From contig MGPE01000011.1 in the NCBI GenBank assembly GCA_001797335.1, positions 12,079-76,078 of the forward strand: a stretch of DNA of 64,000 nt, read 5' to 3'. Below are positions 9,273-19,494 of this stretch, piece by piece. This DNA is from Deltaproteobacteria bacterium GWA2_38_16 (GTDB taxonomy: Bacteria; Bdellovibrionota; JACOXK01; 2-02-FULL-40-11). Each line of letters opens with the position of its first letter. Position 1 is the stretch's first letter. The notes below the pieces were generated by a model. It had not been told where the DNA came from and made no database searches. It saw only the letters and a program-made list of their open reading frames with translations. Made by a program: the position numbers and the translations under genes.

Positions 9273-10567
9273 GATTTAATAAGCACAGCCGCAAAAAAAC
9301 CATCCGTACCATGAAGGTGGGGATAGAGTCTTAAATAAGAGTCTTTCATAGATATAGGCATAGGCAACACAATCCCCTGCTTTTGAAGAATAGCAGATGC
9401 AGGTTCTACATGAAATTCCGAATGTTTTTTTAAAAAAGAGGCAATAATTTCTTCATTTTCTTCTGGCAGTAAAGAACACGTTGAATAAACAAATCGTCCG
9501 CCTGCTTTTACAAACATGGAATACTGAGACAAAATGGCACTTTGTTGCATCGTTAACTCTCGAATACGCGCATAGGTAAGCCTAAGCGTTACATCTGGAT
9601 TTCGTCGAAGTGTCCCCATCCCTGAACACGGAGCATCTACGAGAACCACATCAAACATATTTTTTAACTGTCTAATCCCTTTTAAAGATTTCCCTGATAA
9701 AAATCGAGTGCGGATATTGGAAACCCCGGCCCGAACGGTTCTGGGTTTTAATTCCTTCAGTCGATATTCGGATGTATCAGATGCATAAATCATCCCTTTA
9801 TTATGCATGAGCGTTGCCAAATGAAGTGTTTTTCCCCCTCCACCGGCACAGGCATCCAATACTTTTTGCCCAGGTCTTACTTCAGTCAAATAAGAAATCA
9901 ATTGGCTTCCCTCGTCTTGCACTTCAAAAAGCCCTTTTTGAAATAATTGGCTTTTAAAAACATGGGTTTTATTCTTAAATAATAATCCCACTGGGCTAAA
10001 ATGCGTTTCTTGTGTTTCCCAGCCCTCAGCCGTGCGAAATCGTTTTTTTAACTCAGCTCTTGTTATTTTAAGTGTATTGGTTCGAACAAAAAGAGGTGCC
10101 GGCTCTTGCAAAGAGCGACAAAGCGATTCCATATCTGCCATAGAAAAAAAAGTTGCCCATTTTTGCAATACCCACATTGGAATCGAATATTGAAGAGAGA
10201 GCCTAGACAGAGGGTCTTTAGAAGAAAGAAAAAATTTTGCCTTTTCCAAAGCCTTTTTCACCTCTCTAATCTCTTGCGCTTCTAAGGGAAGCTGATGTTT
10301 CCCCTCTTTATCTTGATAGGCGAGATACAGATAGACCATCGTACGAATGGGATAATCGTTATCGCAAAAATTTTGGGCACATTCTAAAAAGGAGCGATGG
10401 CGAAGCATTCCATAAACCGTCTCCGCTACAAAAGCACGATCTTGATTTTTCAAGGTGTGGTGATGCCTAAAAAACTGACTCATCAAGCGATCGGCTGGAT
10501 GATACGAATCAAGAATGATTTCATAAAGCTCAGCCGATGCCTGAATGCAATAGTATTGAATACGCAT
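9269..10567 (-). CDS. rsmB: 16S rRNA (cytosine-C5) methyltransferase, RsmB/Sun/NOP family
   Basis: Motifs DACAGGGGKT, VLVDAPCSGMGTLRRNPD and YSTCSLLPEENE. I chose the start at internal ATG 10567 (MRIQYY...), just downstream of the upstream gene's stop at 10572. Confidence 0.85.
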   Translation of the reverse strand: MRIQYYCIQASAELYEIILDSYHPADRLMSQFFRHHHTLKNQDRAFVAETVYGMLRHRSFLECAQNFCDNDYPIRTMVYLYLAYQDKEGKHQLPLEAQEIREVKKALEKAKFFLSSKDPLSRLSLQYSIPMWVLQKWATFFSMADMESLCRSLQEPAPLFVRTNTLKITRAELKKRFRTAEGWETQETHFSPVGLLFKNKTHVFKSQLFQKGLFEVQDEGSQLISYLTEVRPGQKVLDACAGGGGKTLHLATLMHNKGMIYASDTSEYRLKELKPRTVRAGVSNIRTRFLSGKSLKGIRQLKNMFDVVLVDAPCSGMGTLRRNPDVTLRLTYARIRELTMQQSAILSQYSMFVKAGGRFVYSTCSLLPEENEEIIASFLKKHSEFHVEPASAILQKQGIVLPMPISMKDSYLRLYPHLHGTDGFFAAVLIKS

Positions 10568-10571
10568 AATT

Positions 10572-11762
10572 TTAAACCACTTGCCCTGCCGCCCAGCCAC
10601 TAGACCAAGCCCATTGGAAGTTATATCCCCCGAGTTGCCCCGTAACATCTACCACTTCTCCAATAAAATAAAGCCCTTTTACTTTTTTAGCTTCCATTGT
10701 TTTTGAAGAAAGCTCATGGGTATCTACCCCACCTCGAGTTACTTCCGCTTTTTGGTACCCCACTGTATCCCATGGAGTTATTTGCCAGGCATGAATTTTT
10801 TTAGAAAATAGTTCCAGCCCTTTATCTTTAATCTCTTGAAGAGGCCTGTGAGAAAACCCCTCTTCTTTACATTGACCTTGACAAAAAAATTCTGAAAATC
10901 TCATAGGCCACATCTCAGAAAGAAGATTTTTTATTTCTAGGCGAGGCCTTAATTTTTTGTTTTTTAATAACCACTCATAAGAATTGAAAGCAGGCAAAAG
11001 ATCCAACGTCACCACATCCCCTTTATTCCAATATAAAGACGCTTGAAGAGCCGCCGGGCCACTGACACCCTTATGCGTAAATAAAATATTTTCTCTAAAA
11101 CTTTCTCCGTTACAAGAAACAATGCACTCCATAGAAACACCAGCAAGTTTTTCAAAAAAATTATTTTTTAAGGGGCCTAGCATAAAGCCATCGAGCGCTG
11201 GATGGGTTGGAATCATCTGTAGCCCAAATTGTTTGGCAATTTTATACCCAAAACCACTGGCCCCCAGTTTTGGAATCGAAAGCCCCCCTGTGGCTATGAC
11301 AAGAGAAGACGAGACGAAATCTCCTTGAGTTGTTTTGATTTCAAACTGCTCTTGATTTTTAGCAATGCCGCTAACGCTGCACCCTAGCCCCATTTCAACA
11401 TGGGCTCTATCACACTCACGAATCAACATCTGCACAATGTCTTTGGCCGTGTGATCACAAAAAAGCTGCCCCAGCTTTTTTTCATGAAATTTAATTTTAT
11501 GCTTTTTAACCCATTCTATAAAGTCTTGAGGACTAAATCGAGAGAGAGCCGATGTACAAAAATGAGGATTATTGGAAACATACTGTTCACTCGTCACTTG
11601 CCTATTGGTAAAATTACATCGGCCACCCCCAGAAATGATGATTTTTGATCCAATTTTTTTTGCGTGATCGATGATAAGCGTGCGTCTACCTCGCTTGCCT
11701 GCCTGGATGGCACACATAAGCCCAGCCGCCCCACCCCCAATCACAATCACATCATAAAACAT
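10572..11762 (-). CDS. NAD(P)/FAD-dependent oxidoreductase, HI0933/YhiN (BaiN-like) family
   Basis: MFYDVIVIGGGAAGLMCA Rossmann motif, GGGRCNFTN, and C-terminal GGYNFQWAWSSG. ATG at 11762; the longer ORF begins with TTG at 11774. Confidence 0.85.
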   Translation of the reverse strand: MFYDVIVIGGGAAGLMCAIQAGKRGRRTLIIDHAKKIGSKIIISGGGRCNFTNRQVTSEQYVSNNPHFCTSALSRFSPQDFIEWVKKHKIKFHEKKLGQLFCDHTAKDIVQMLIRECDRAHVEMGLGCSVSGIAKNQEQFEIKTTQGDFVSSSLVIATGGLSIPKLGASGFGYKIAKQFGLQMIPTHPALDGFMLGPLKNNFFEKLAGVSMECIVSCNGESFRENILFTHKGVSGPAALQASLYWNKGDVVTLDLLPAFNSYEWLLKNKKLRPRLEIKNLLSEMWPMRFSEFFCQGQCKEEGFSHRPLQEIKDKGLELFSKKIHAWQITPWDTVGYQKAEVTRGGVDTHELSSKTMEAKKVKGLYFIGEVVDVTGQLGGYNFQWAWSSGWAAGQVV

Positions 11763-11788
11763 CAAACATACCAATTTTCGTCCAATTT

Positions 11789-13270
11789 TTAAAAAAGCAG
11801 TTTTATGTAATTTTTAAGGAAAGAAAAAAAGGCTTTCGCTTTTTTGAAGTAAGAAGGAGAGCCGATGATGTCAGCAAACGCTGTAGCCATTTCACCAGAA
11901 CGCTCAGTATAGGGGAACCACCAAAAGGGTTTTAAAGAAATTCGATCAGAATTAATATGTTTTACTTGAACATATTCTAAAAGCCCTAATGCAGAATGAG
12001 TTCTTCCCAACCCACTTTTTTTATATCCACCCCAGGGTGTTTCACAGAGCGCATGCGTATAGACACAATCGTTAATGGTAATCGTTCCGGCCTCAATTTT
12101 ACGGGCGAGATTTATTCCTCGAGAGACGTCTTTTGTCCAAATAGAAGCACAGAGTCCGAAGGAAGAATCATTCGTTAAGCGAATAGCCTCTTCTTCGGAA
12201 TCAACCATCATGATGGGTAAAAAAGGACCAAACGTTTCTTCTTTCATGATCTTCATGTCTTGCGTTACATTTACAAGAACCGTCGGATAAAAATAATTTC
12301 CTTCTTGTCTTCCCCCCACTAAAATCTTTGCCCCACGCCTCACGGCTTCTTCTAACTGCAGCTCGTATCTTGTCATTTGGCTTAAAAGCGTAATGGCTCC
12401 AATGTCTTTTTTAAGTTTTAATTTTTCCGTTTCTGCTACTACTTTCTCTGTAAATGCTTGAACCACACTTCGTGCCACATACACGCGTTGAACCGATGCA
12501 CACACCTGTCCAGCGTTACTAAATGCTCCCCACACAATTCCTTGAGCTGCTTTTTTAAGATCGGCATCGTGGCAAACAATAGCGGCATCTTTCCCACCCA
12601 ATTCTAAAAGACACGGCGTCATATTTTTTGCCGCTTGTTCTAAGATTTTTTGACCCACTCCTGTAGATCCTGTAAAAGAAATTTTTTGAATCTGGGGGGA
12701 AGATACGATCAAAGAACCTATTTTCCCATCCCCAAAAGAAACATTAAGTACTCCTTTAGGTAAATGTGCTAATTCTCCTATTTCTTTAATAATTTTTGCA
12801 ACTGGAAATACTGCCTCTGAAACCTTTAAAATCACGGTATTGCCCACTAAGAGTGCCAAAACCACTTCTCCCATGGCTATAGAAAAGGGATAATTCCATG
12901 GACTTAAGATGGCCACCACTCCATAAGGATCATAGGTTAAAAAACTTTTTTTATACTTTAAAAGATGAAGCGGAAGAGATTTGTCTTTTAAAATAGAAGG
13001 CGCTTTTTTAACAAAATAAGGAATAAAATCTAAAACCGGAATCACTTCTGCCGTTAACGCTTCTACTCTAGGTTTTCCACACGTTTTAGAAATAATCTCA
13101 GAAATCTCTTCTTTTTTTTGATAAACAATATCTCGAATGGCCAATAAATATTTTCCCCGTTCTTTCAGCGAAAGATTTTTCCAAGATTGAAATGCATTTT
13201 GAGCTTCTGTTAAGAGATAAGAAATCCGCGCTTCATCGTCGATTGTAAATGTATTGTCAGGAGTTTCCAA
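11789..13270 (-). CDS. NAD(P)-dependent aldehyde dehydrogenase family protein
   Basis: 493 aa with ALDH signatures [23 protein letters not shown] (catalytic Cys) and EETFGP. The start overlaps the aspartokinase stop by 14 nt. Confidence 0.9.
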   Translation of the reverse strand: METPDNTFTIDDEARISYLLTEAQNAFQSWKNLSLKERGKYLLAIRDIVYQKKEEISEIISKTCGKPRVEALTAEVIPVLDFIPYFVKKAPSILKDKSLPLHLLKYKKSFLTYDPYGVVAILSPWNYPFSIAMGEVVLALLVGNTVILKVSEAVFPVAKIIKEIGELAHLPKGVLNVSFGDGKIGSLIVSSPQIQKISFTGSTGVGQKILEQAAKNMTPCLLELGGKDAAIVCHDADLKKAAQGIVWGAFSNAGQVCASVQRVYVARSVVQAFTEKVVAETEKLKLKKDIGAITLLSQMTRYELQLEEAVRRGAKILVGGRQEGNYFYPTVLVNVTQDMKIMKEETFGPFLPIMMVDSEEEAIRLTNDSSFGLCASIWTKDVSRGINLARKIEAGTITINDCVYTHALCETPWGGYKKSGLGRTHSALGLLEYVQVKHINSDRISLKPFWWFPYTERSGEMATAFADIIGSPSYFKKAKAFFSFLKNYIKLLF

Positions 13271-13988
13271 TGTAAGTTCCTAGGGAATCATCAAAACTAG
13301 AGGCAATATAGAGAGGCAGTGCATGTTTTTGGGCAAATCGCACGGCATCTGCATGCAAGAGCTTTGCTCCTTGTTCGGCCATCTCAAGCACTGCTTCGTA
13401 ACGACAGGTTTTCATCTTTTGTGCATGGGGGTATTGTTTTGGGTCTTGGGTATAAACCCCATCCACATCTTTATAAAATTCACATTGATCGGCTTTAAGT
13501 TCCACCGCCAATGCTACGGCCGTAATATCAGAGCCCCCTCTTCCTAAAGTCGTCACTTCTTTTTCTATACTCACCCCTTGAAAACCGGCCACAATAACAA
13601 TTTTCCCTCGGGCTAATTCTTCTTTAATTCGAGTAGCCCTAATTTCTAAAATCTTAGCCTCCGTATGAGAGGTGTCTGTTACAATTCCACTTTGAGATCC
13701 CGTAAAAGAAATAGAACATTGACCCAAATGATGAAGTGCCATCGATAAAAGAGACATCGATACTCTTTCACCAGAAGATAAGAGCATATCGAGCTCTCGT
13801 TTATGAGGATGAGGGGTAATTTCGGTGGCAAGTTTTAAAAGATCATCGGTAGTTTTTCCCATGGCAGAAACAACCACCACCAAATCATTTCCCTCTTTTT
13901 TGGTTTGAGAAATTCGCCGAGCAACAGCTTGAATACATTCGATCGTCGCCAGTGAACTCCCTCCATATTTTTGAACAATGAGTGCCAT
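13257..13988 (-). CDS. Aspartate kinase, catalytic amino-acid-kinase domain only (no ACT domains)
   Basis: [13 protein letters not shown]..., [23 protein letters not shown] and [16 protein letters not shown] are collinear with LysC of Bacillus or Thermus up to the end of the kinase domain. The ORF stops at 243 aa, where the ACT domains normally begin. Confidence 0.8.
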   Translation of the reverse strand: MALIVQKYGGSSLATIECIQAVARRISQTKKEGNDLVVVVSAMGKTTDDLLKLATEITPHPHKRELDMLLSSGERVSMSLLSMALHHLGQCSISFTGSQSGIVTDTSHTEAKILEIRATRIKEELARGKIVIVAGFQGVSIEKEVTTLGRGGSDITAVALAVELKADQCEFYKDVDGVYTQDPKQYPHAQKMKTCRYEAVLEMAEQGAKLLHADAVRFAQKHALPLYIASSFDDSLGTYIGNS

Positions 13989-13993
13989 CGCTA

Positions 13994-14416
13994 TTAGGGT
14001 AATATCACACTGGCAGAGGTTTTGTAAAATTTAGATAAAAACCACCCTGAAAGACCATAAGATACAAAACTGGATACAATTCCTGCCGCCGTATAAAGCT
14101 CTGGGGTACTGAGCGTAATATAAAACCAAAGTTCAGGAATAACGCCGGCTTGAATAAATAAAAGAAGAGAAACAAAAATCGCATAGCGCCCTTCTTTTCC
14201 TCGCCGCCGATCAATAATCAAAAGATAAAGGATCACTAAAATAAAAGCTTCAAGCCCTTTGAGGCTGGCCAGTTGATAAATGGCTGCATCATTGAGCCTA
14301 GCCGGGGGGACCATTTTAAAAATTTTTTGAAATGAAGAATACGAAAACACGGGCACTCCAAAAAAAATAAGAAACGTCACTAAAAGCGCTCCCACAGCTT
14401 TAAAAAAACGTGCCAT
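13994..14416 (-). CDS. Hypothetical integral membrane protein (about 4 TM)
   Basis: 140-aa hydrophobic ORF lying 5 nt upstream of the aspartokinase gene on the same strand. No recognisable motif. Confidence 0.5.
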   Translation of the reverse strand: MARFFKAVGALLVTFLIFFGVPVFSYSSFQKIFKMVPPARLNDAAIYQLASLKGLEAFILVILYLLIIDRRRGKEGRYAIFVSLLLFIQAGVIPELWFYITLSTPELYTAAGIVSSFVSYGLSGWFLSKFYKTSASVILP

Positions 14417-14509
14417 ATATGCCTAAAAACATAGAAGATTTCAAATATAGAAGCAAGATAATTGAGCGAACCATTGACAATACATGTAGTGTCATATATG
14501 ACTGTGGCT

Positions 14510-14722
14510 ATGGGACGCAAAAAAATATCCACCACTGTGTATATCACAGAAGAACAAAACGAAAAATTAAAGCTGTTGCATTCCAAGACAAAGGTTCCGA
14601 TAGCTGAATATATTAGACAGGGGATTGATCTGATCTTAAAATTACAAAGAGAGCATATTCCTGGCCAAATGTCCTTAGATGAAGACCAATTTGGCGAGAG
14701 TTCACCGACACCTTCTCTGTAA
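14510..14722 (+). CDS. Ribbon-helix-helix (CopG-like) DNA-binding protein
   Basis: MGRKKISTTVYITEEQNEKLKLLHSKTKVPIAEYIRQGIDLIL shows the beta-strand then two-helix RHH pattern. It ends 18 nt upstream of lepA. I preferred internal ATG 14510 over the listed 14462 start. Confidence 0.55.
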   Translation: MGRKKISTTVYITEEQNEKLKLLHSKTKVPIAEYIRQGIDLILKLQREHIPGQMSLDEDQFGESSPTPSL

Positions 14723-14740
14723 TCTGATATCACCCCCTTT

Positions 14741-16540
14741 ATGACCGATCCTCAGTATATTCGTAATTTTTCTATTGTTGCCCACATCGATCATGGCAAA
14801 TCCACGCTTGCCGATCGCCTCATCGAAAAAACAGGCACGCTTCCAGCTAATAAAATCCAAGAACAAATGTTAGATTCCATGGATATCGAGAGAGAACGAG
14901 GCATTACGATTAAAGCTCAAACCGTCCGGATGACCTATAAGGCCAAAAATGGACAAACATACCAACTTAATCTCATCGATACTCCAGGACATGTCGATTT
15001 TAGCTATGAAGTGTCTCGAAGCCTGGCTGCCTGTGAAGGAGCACTGTTAGTCGTCGATACCACTCAAGGAGTTCAGGCCCAAACGATTGCCAATGCTTAT
15101 CTTGCCATTAACAATAATTTAGAAATTATTCCCGTACTCAATAAAATTGATTTAAAAACGTCAGATCCTGTAAAAGCCGCTTTAGAAATTGAAGACGTCA
15201 TTGGAATTGATGCAACGGGCGCCCTTCAGGCCAGTGCTAAAACAGGACAAGGGGTTGAAGATATTTTAGAAGCCATTGTTAAAAAAATCCCTGCTCCAAA
15301 AGGATCCCCACAGAGCCCTTTAAGAGCGCTTCTTATCGATAGTTGGTTTGATCCTTTTTTAGGGGTCATTTGCGTCATTCGTCTTTTTGAAGGCTCCATT
15401 CGAAAAGGCATGCACATAGAACTCATGTCCAACAAAAAAACGTTTGAAGTACAAACGTTGGGAATTTTTACGCCCAGTCCTAAAGAAATTGACGAACTCA
15501 TCAGTGGAGAAGTGGGTTTTTTTTCAGCTGCTATTAAAGAGGTCAGGGACACCCGAATTGGAGATACCGTAACCTTAAAAGATTCTCCTGCCACCTCTCC
15601 CCTGCCTGGTTTTCATGATATTAAACCCATGGTCTTTAGTGGATTTTTTCCAACAGAAACTTCGGGCTATGAACCCCTTAAAGAATCTTTGGAAAAATTA
15701 AGATTAAATGACGCCAGCTTTAATTACGAAGCCGATACTTCTTTAGCCCTGGGGTTTGGATTTCGCTGTGGCTTTTTAGGCCTTCTCCATATGGAAATTA
15801 TTAAAGAACGCCTAGAAAGGCACTTTGGATTAAGCCTGGTCACCACCGCTCCATCTGTAATCTACAAAATTATAATGAACGATGGGTCGACGTTAGTCAT
15901 TGATAATCCTGCAAAGCTCCCGGATCCTCATTTGTTTGAGACGGTTCAAGAACCCTATATTAGAGCCTCTATTCACTTACCCAGCAGTTATACAGGGGAA
16001 GTCATGAAACTCTGCGAAGAACGACGGGCCATACAAAGTAAAATGGAATATTTAAGTCCCACACATCTGCTCATGGAATATGAAATGCCTTTAAACGAAA
16101 TGGTGTTTGATTTTTACGATAAATTAAAATCCGTAAGCCGTGGATATGCTTCATTTGATTATGAACTGTTAGATTACAGACCTTCGGATCTTGTGAAACT
16201 CGACATTCTTTTAAATGGCGATCCGGTCGATGCATTGTCTTTAATTATTCACAAAGAAAAAGCCTATTATCGAGGGCGAGAACTGGCTAAAAAATTAAAA
16301 TCCGTGATTCATAAACAAATGTTTGAAGTTGCCATCCAAGCGGCCATTGGATCTCGCATTATCGCCCGAGAAACCATCGGTGCCATGAGAAAAGATGTTA
16401 CGGCTAAATGCTATGGAGGAGATATTACTCGAAAGCGAAAACTCCTGGAAAAACAAAAAGAAGGCAAAAAGAAAATGAAGATGATTGGTAAAGTGGAGGT
16501 CCCTCAAGAAGCTTTCTTAGCGGTATTAAAGATTGATTAA
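14741..16540 (+). CDS. lepA: Translation elongation factor 4 (LepA)
   Basis: [29 protein letters not shown] and NKID GTPase motifs, plus the LepA-specific C-terminal region. 599 aa. Confidence 0.97.
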   Translation: MTDPQYIRNFSIVAHIDHGKSTLADRLIEKTGTLPANKIQEQMLDSMDIERERGITIKAQTVRMTYKAKNGQTYQLNLIDTPGHVDFSYEVSRSLAACEGALLVVDTTQGVQAQTIANAYLAINNNLEIIPVLNKIDLKTSDPVKAALEIEDVIGIDATGALQASAKTGQGVEDILEAIVKKIPAPKGSPQSPLRALLIDSWFDPFLGVICVIRLFEGSIRKGMHIELMSNKKTFEVQTLGIFTPSPKEIDELISGEVGFFSAAIKEVRDTRIGDTVTLKDSPATSPLPGFHDIKPMVFSGFFPTETSGYEPLKESLEKLRLNDASFNYEADTSLALGFGFRCGFLGLLHMEIIKERLERHFGLSLVTTAPSVIYKIIMNDGSTLVIDNPAKLPDPHLFETVQEPYIRASIHLPSSYTGEVMKLCEERRAIQSKMEYLSPTHLLMEYEMPLNEMVFDFYDKLKSVSRGYASFDYELLDYRPSDLVKLDILLNGDPVDALSLIIHKEKAYYRGRELAKKLKSVIHKQMFEVAIQAAIGSRIIARETIGAMRKDVTAKCYGGDITRKRKLLEKQKEGKKKMKMIGKVEVPQEAFLAVLKID

Positions 16541-16560
16541 GCGCGTCAAACGTGTTATAA

Positions 16561-17304
16561 GTGGAAAGTTTTGATATGACCCAGAAATATCATGTGAAAT
16601 CTCATGTAAAGAAAGGCATTATTCGTGAATATGTTGAAGCCATTGTTGTTGCCGTTCTTATTGCTCTGTGTTTGAGATCTTTTGTCATTGAAGCCTTTAA
16701 AATCCCTTCTGGCTCCATGATTCCCACACTTAAAATTGGCGATCATATTTTTGTAAATAAATTCATTTATGGACTTCGAATTCCTTACACCAAAATCCGC
16801 TTTTTTCAGTTTCGCACCCCTAAACGAGGAGAAGTCATTGTTTTTATTTTCCCCAATGACAATAGCAAAGATTATATTAAACGAGTTGTGGGTACTCCCG
16901 GTGATACTCTGGAAATGAAACAGGGAACACTTTTTATCAATGGAGAGCCTGTTTCTAAAGTCGTTCAGGCAGAGCGAGCAATTTTAAAGGATATTGAAAA
17001 TCAAGAAGCCTTAAATCTTTATAAAGAAACTACCGGCCAAACCACACATTACACATTATACTATACCCCCAGCTACAAAGAGCCTGAAGATTTTGGTCCC
17101 ATTACCATTCCACCCAATAAACTTTTTGTCATGGGGGATAATCGAGACAACTCTTCTGATTCTAGGGCCTGGCGATTCGTTCCAATGGAAAACATCAAAG
17201 GAAAAGCATTATTTGTATGGCTTTCTTTAAATACAGAACACACATTTTCATTTTTAAGACTCCCAACTATTCGATGGAAACGATTTGGGAAAATTATTAG
17301 ATAA
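16561..17304 (+). CDS. lepB: Signal peptidase I
   Basis: Motifs SGSMIPTLKIGD, YIKRVVGTPGD and GDNRDNSSDSR. The start may be GTG 16561 or ATG 16576. Confidence 0.92.
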   Translation: MESFDMTQKYHVKSHVKKGIIREYVEAIVVAVLIALCLRSFVIEAFKIPSGSMIPTLKIGDHIFVNKFIYGLRIPYTKIRFFQFRTPKRGEVIVFIFPNDNSKDYIKRVVGTPGDTLEMKQGTLFINGEPVSKVVQAERAILKDIENQEALNLYKETTGQTTHYTLYYTPSYKEPEDFGPITIPPNKLFVMGDNRDNSSDSRAWRFVPMENIKGKALFVWLSLNTEHTFSFLRLPTIRWKRFGKIIR

Positions 17305-17308
17305 AAAA

Positions 17309-18223
17309 GTGAATCCGAAGCATATTCTAGGCATGCATGATCTCTCCCGCCCTGATATTCTTTCTATTTTGGCTTTAGCTAAAAAATTTAAAAACACGCC
17401 TAAAGCACCCACTCAAGCATTTTCCCACAAAACCGTTGTCAATTTATTCTTTGAACCCAGCACTCGCACCCGAAGTTCTTTTGAAATTGCCACCAAACGC
17501 CTAGGAGCCAGTTCTATTAATATTACTAGTTCTTCTTCAAGTACTATCAAAGGCGAAACCTTGATTGATACGGCTAAAAATCTAGAAGCCATGAATCCAG
17601 ATGTTATTATTATTCGACATTTTTCTTCCGGCGCACCCTATGTATTATCTCAAGTATTAAAAACCCCCATTATTAATGCGGGGGATGGATTTCATGAACA
17701 CCCTACCCAGGCTCTTTTAGACATGATGACCATTGAGGAAGCCAAAGGAAAAATTTCAGGGCTTACCGTTTTAATCGTTGGAGATATTGCCCATAGCCGG
17801 GTTGCTAGATCCAATATTTATGGCCTTCAAAAAATGGGCGCTAAAATTATTGTCTGTGGACCGCCTACCCTTATTCCGCCAGATATCCAAAAACTACATG
17901 TCGGCGTATCCCACTCTTTAAAAGAAGTTGTCTCAAAAGCAGATGTTATTATGATGCTTCGAATCCAAGAAGAAAGGCAAGACCGCATTCAATTTCCGTC
18001 GAAAAGAGAATATATAAAATATTTTGGGCTCACGTTAGATACCCTAAAACAAGCCAAAAAAGATGTCATTATTATGCACCCTGGTCCTTTAAATCGAGGG
18101 GTAGAAATTGCTTCGGAAGTAGCAGATGGCCCCTATTCTGTTATTTTAAACCAAGTCACCAATGGAGTGGTGGTTCGAATGGCATTGCTGTCTATGCTCA
18201 TGAAAGCCGGGAAAATAGAATGA
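17309..18223 (+). CDS. pyrB: Aspartate carbamoyltransferase catalytic subunit
   Basis: Motifs FFEPSTRTRSSFE, HEHPTQALLD and HPGPLNRG. GTG 17309 gives the typical N-terminus (NPKHILGMHDLSR). The listed TTG 17285 would overlap lepB. Confidence 0.92.
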   Translation: MNPKHILGMHDLSRPDILSILALAKKFKNTPKAPTQAFSHKTVVNLFFEPSTRTRSSFEIATKRLGASSINITSSSSSTIKGETLIDTAKNLEAMNPDVIIIRHFSSGAPYVLSQVLKTPIINAGDGFHEHPTQALLDMMTIEEAKGKISGLTVLIVGDIAHSRVARSNIYGLQKMGAKIIVCGPPTLIPPDIQKLHVGVSHSLKEVVSKADVIMMLRIQEERQDRIQFPSKREYIKYFGLTLDTLKQAKKDVIIMHPGPLNRGVEIASEVADGPYSVILNQVTNGVVVRMALLSMLMKAGKIE

Positions 18224-19494
18224 AACTCGTTATTAAAAATGGCACGGTGATTGATCCTTCTCAAAAACTCAACGCTAAAAAAGATATTTTAGTTGAGGAT
18301 GGAAAAATCAAAAAAATTGGGACTATCAATGAAAATATCACAACCACCATCGACGCGAAGGGGCTTATTGTTACTCCTGGTTTTATTGACATGCACACTC
18401 ATCTTAGAGAACCGGGTGAAGAACATAAAGAAACCATTCGCACAGGATCCGAAGCAGCGGCCAGGGGAGGATTCACCACTATTGTTTGTATGGCCAACAC
18501 AAATCCTGTTAATGACAATGCCTATGTTACTCAATTTATAAAACTCAAAAGTAAAACCGATTCTCATATTAATATCTATCCCATAGGCGCTCTTTCTAAA
18601 GGCATGCGAGGGGAAGAGCTTTCAGAAATTGGAAGTCTTAAAGAGGCAGGTTGCGTTGGCATTTCTGACGATGGAAATCCCGTCATGAATAGTTACCTCA
18701 TGAGAAAAGCCCTGGACTATTGCCGACACTTTCATCTCCCTATTATTTCCCATTGCGAAGATCACTATCTCAAAGGAAAAGGCATGATCAATGAAGGCCT
18801 TCATTCAACCATTCTAGGATTAAGAGGAAATCCCTCTGCCTCAGAAGAAATTATGGTGGCTAGAGATATTGCCCTGGCTCACCTCACCAAAGCCCATGTA
18901 CATTTAGCACACATTTCTACAGAAGCAGCCGTAAGACTTATCGCTGATGCTAAAAAAAGAAGAGTACCTGTCACCTGTGAAGTCACGCCTCATCATTTGT
19001 TTTTAACCGATGAAGCCGTAAAAAATTATGATACCCATTTTAAAATGGCTCCCCCTTTACGATCTTCTAAAGATTGCATCGCTTTAAAACGAGCTTTAAA
19101 AGAAAATATCATTGATGCCTTTGCCACCGATCACGCCCCTCACAGTACATTAGAAAAAAATATTGAATTTGAAGAAGCCGCTTTTGGAGTAATTGGGCTT
19201 GAAACGGCGCTTTCTATTACCTTTAAACTGGTCAAAGAAAAAGTTCTCACCCTTTCTCAATGGGTTGAAAAATGGACCTTAAGACCTGCTCAGATTTTAA
19301 ACCTTCCCAAAGGAACTTTAAAAATAGGCGCTGATGCGGACATTACCCTTTTTAATCCCACCCAAAAAATAAAAATCAATAAAGAAACTTTTAAATCCAA
19401 AAGCCGAAATACTCCCTTTCACGGGTGGAATGTAGAAGGCAATGTATGCTATACCATCGTTGGAGGAAAAGTTGTCTACGCATACAAAAACTAA
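18220..19494 (+). CDS. pyrC: Dihydroorotase (class I, multifunctional-complex type)
   Basis: GFIDMHTHLREPG, DHAPH and the amidohydrolase fold pattern. ATGA overlap with the pyrB stop. Confidence 0.93.
   Translation: MKLVIKNGTVIDPSQKLNAKKDILVEDGKIKKIGTINENITTTIDAKGLIVTPGFIDMHTHLREPGEEHKETIRTGSEAAARGGFTTIVCMANTNPVNDNAYVTQFIKLKSKTDSHINIYPIGALSKGMRGEELSEIGSLKEAGCVGISDDGNPVMNSYLMRKALDYCRHFHLPIISHCEDHYLKGKGMINEGLHSTILGLRGNPSASEEIMVARDIALAHLTKAHVHLAHISTEAAVRLIADAKKRRVPVTCEVTPHHLFLTDEAVKNYDTHFKMAPPLRSSKDCIALKRALKENIIDAFATDHAPHSTLEKNIEFEEAAFGVIGLETALSITFKLVKEKVLTLSQWVEKWTLRPAQILNLPKGTLKIGADADITLFNPTQKIKINKETFKSKSRNTPFHGWNVEGNVCYTIVGGKVVYAYKN

Noticed and set aside
13257-13988. The short aspartokinase as a simple frameshifted pseudogene.
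   Set aside because: I did not adopt this as the primary call. The sequence immediately downstream encodes an intact ALDH N-terminus in another frame, and I saw no ACT-like remnant in any frame. A truncation event cannot be excluded without comparative data (see finding).
14380-14733. 117-aa minus-strand ORF and 65-aa plus-strand ORF (14410-14607) in the region upstream of lepA.
   Set aside because: They are mutually exclusive with the RHH ORF, which has a recognisable fold pattern and sensible operon placement. The minus-strand ORF would also overlap the membrane-protein gene start.
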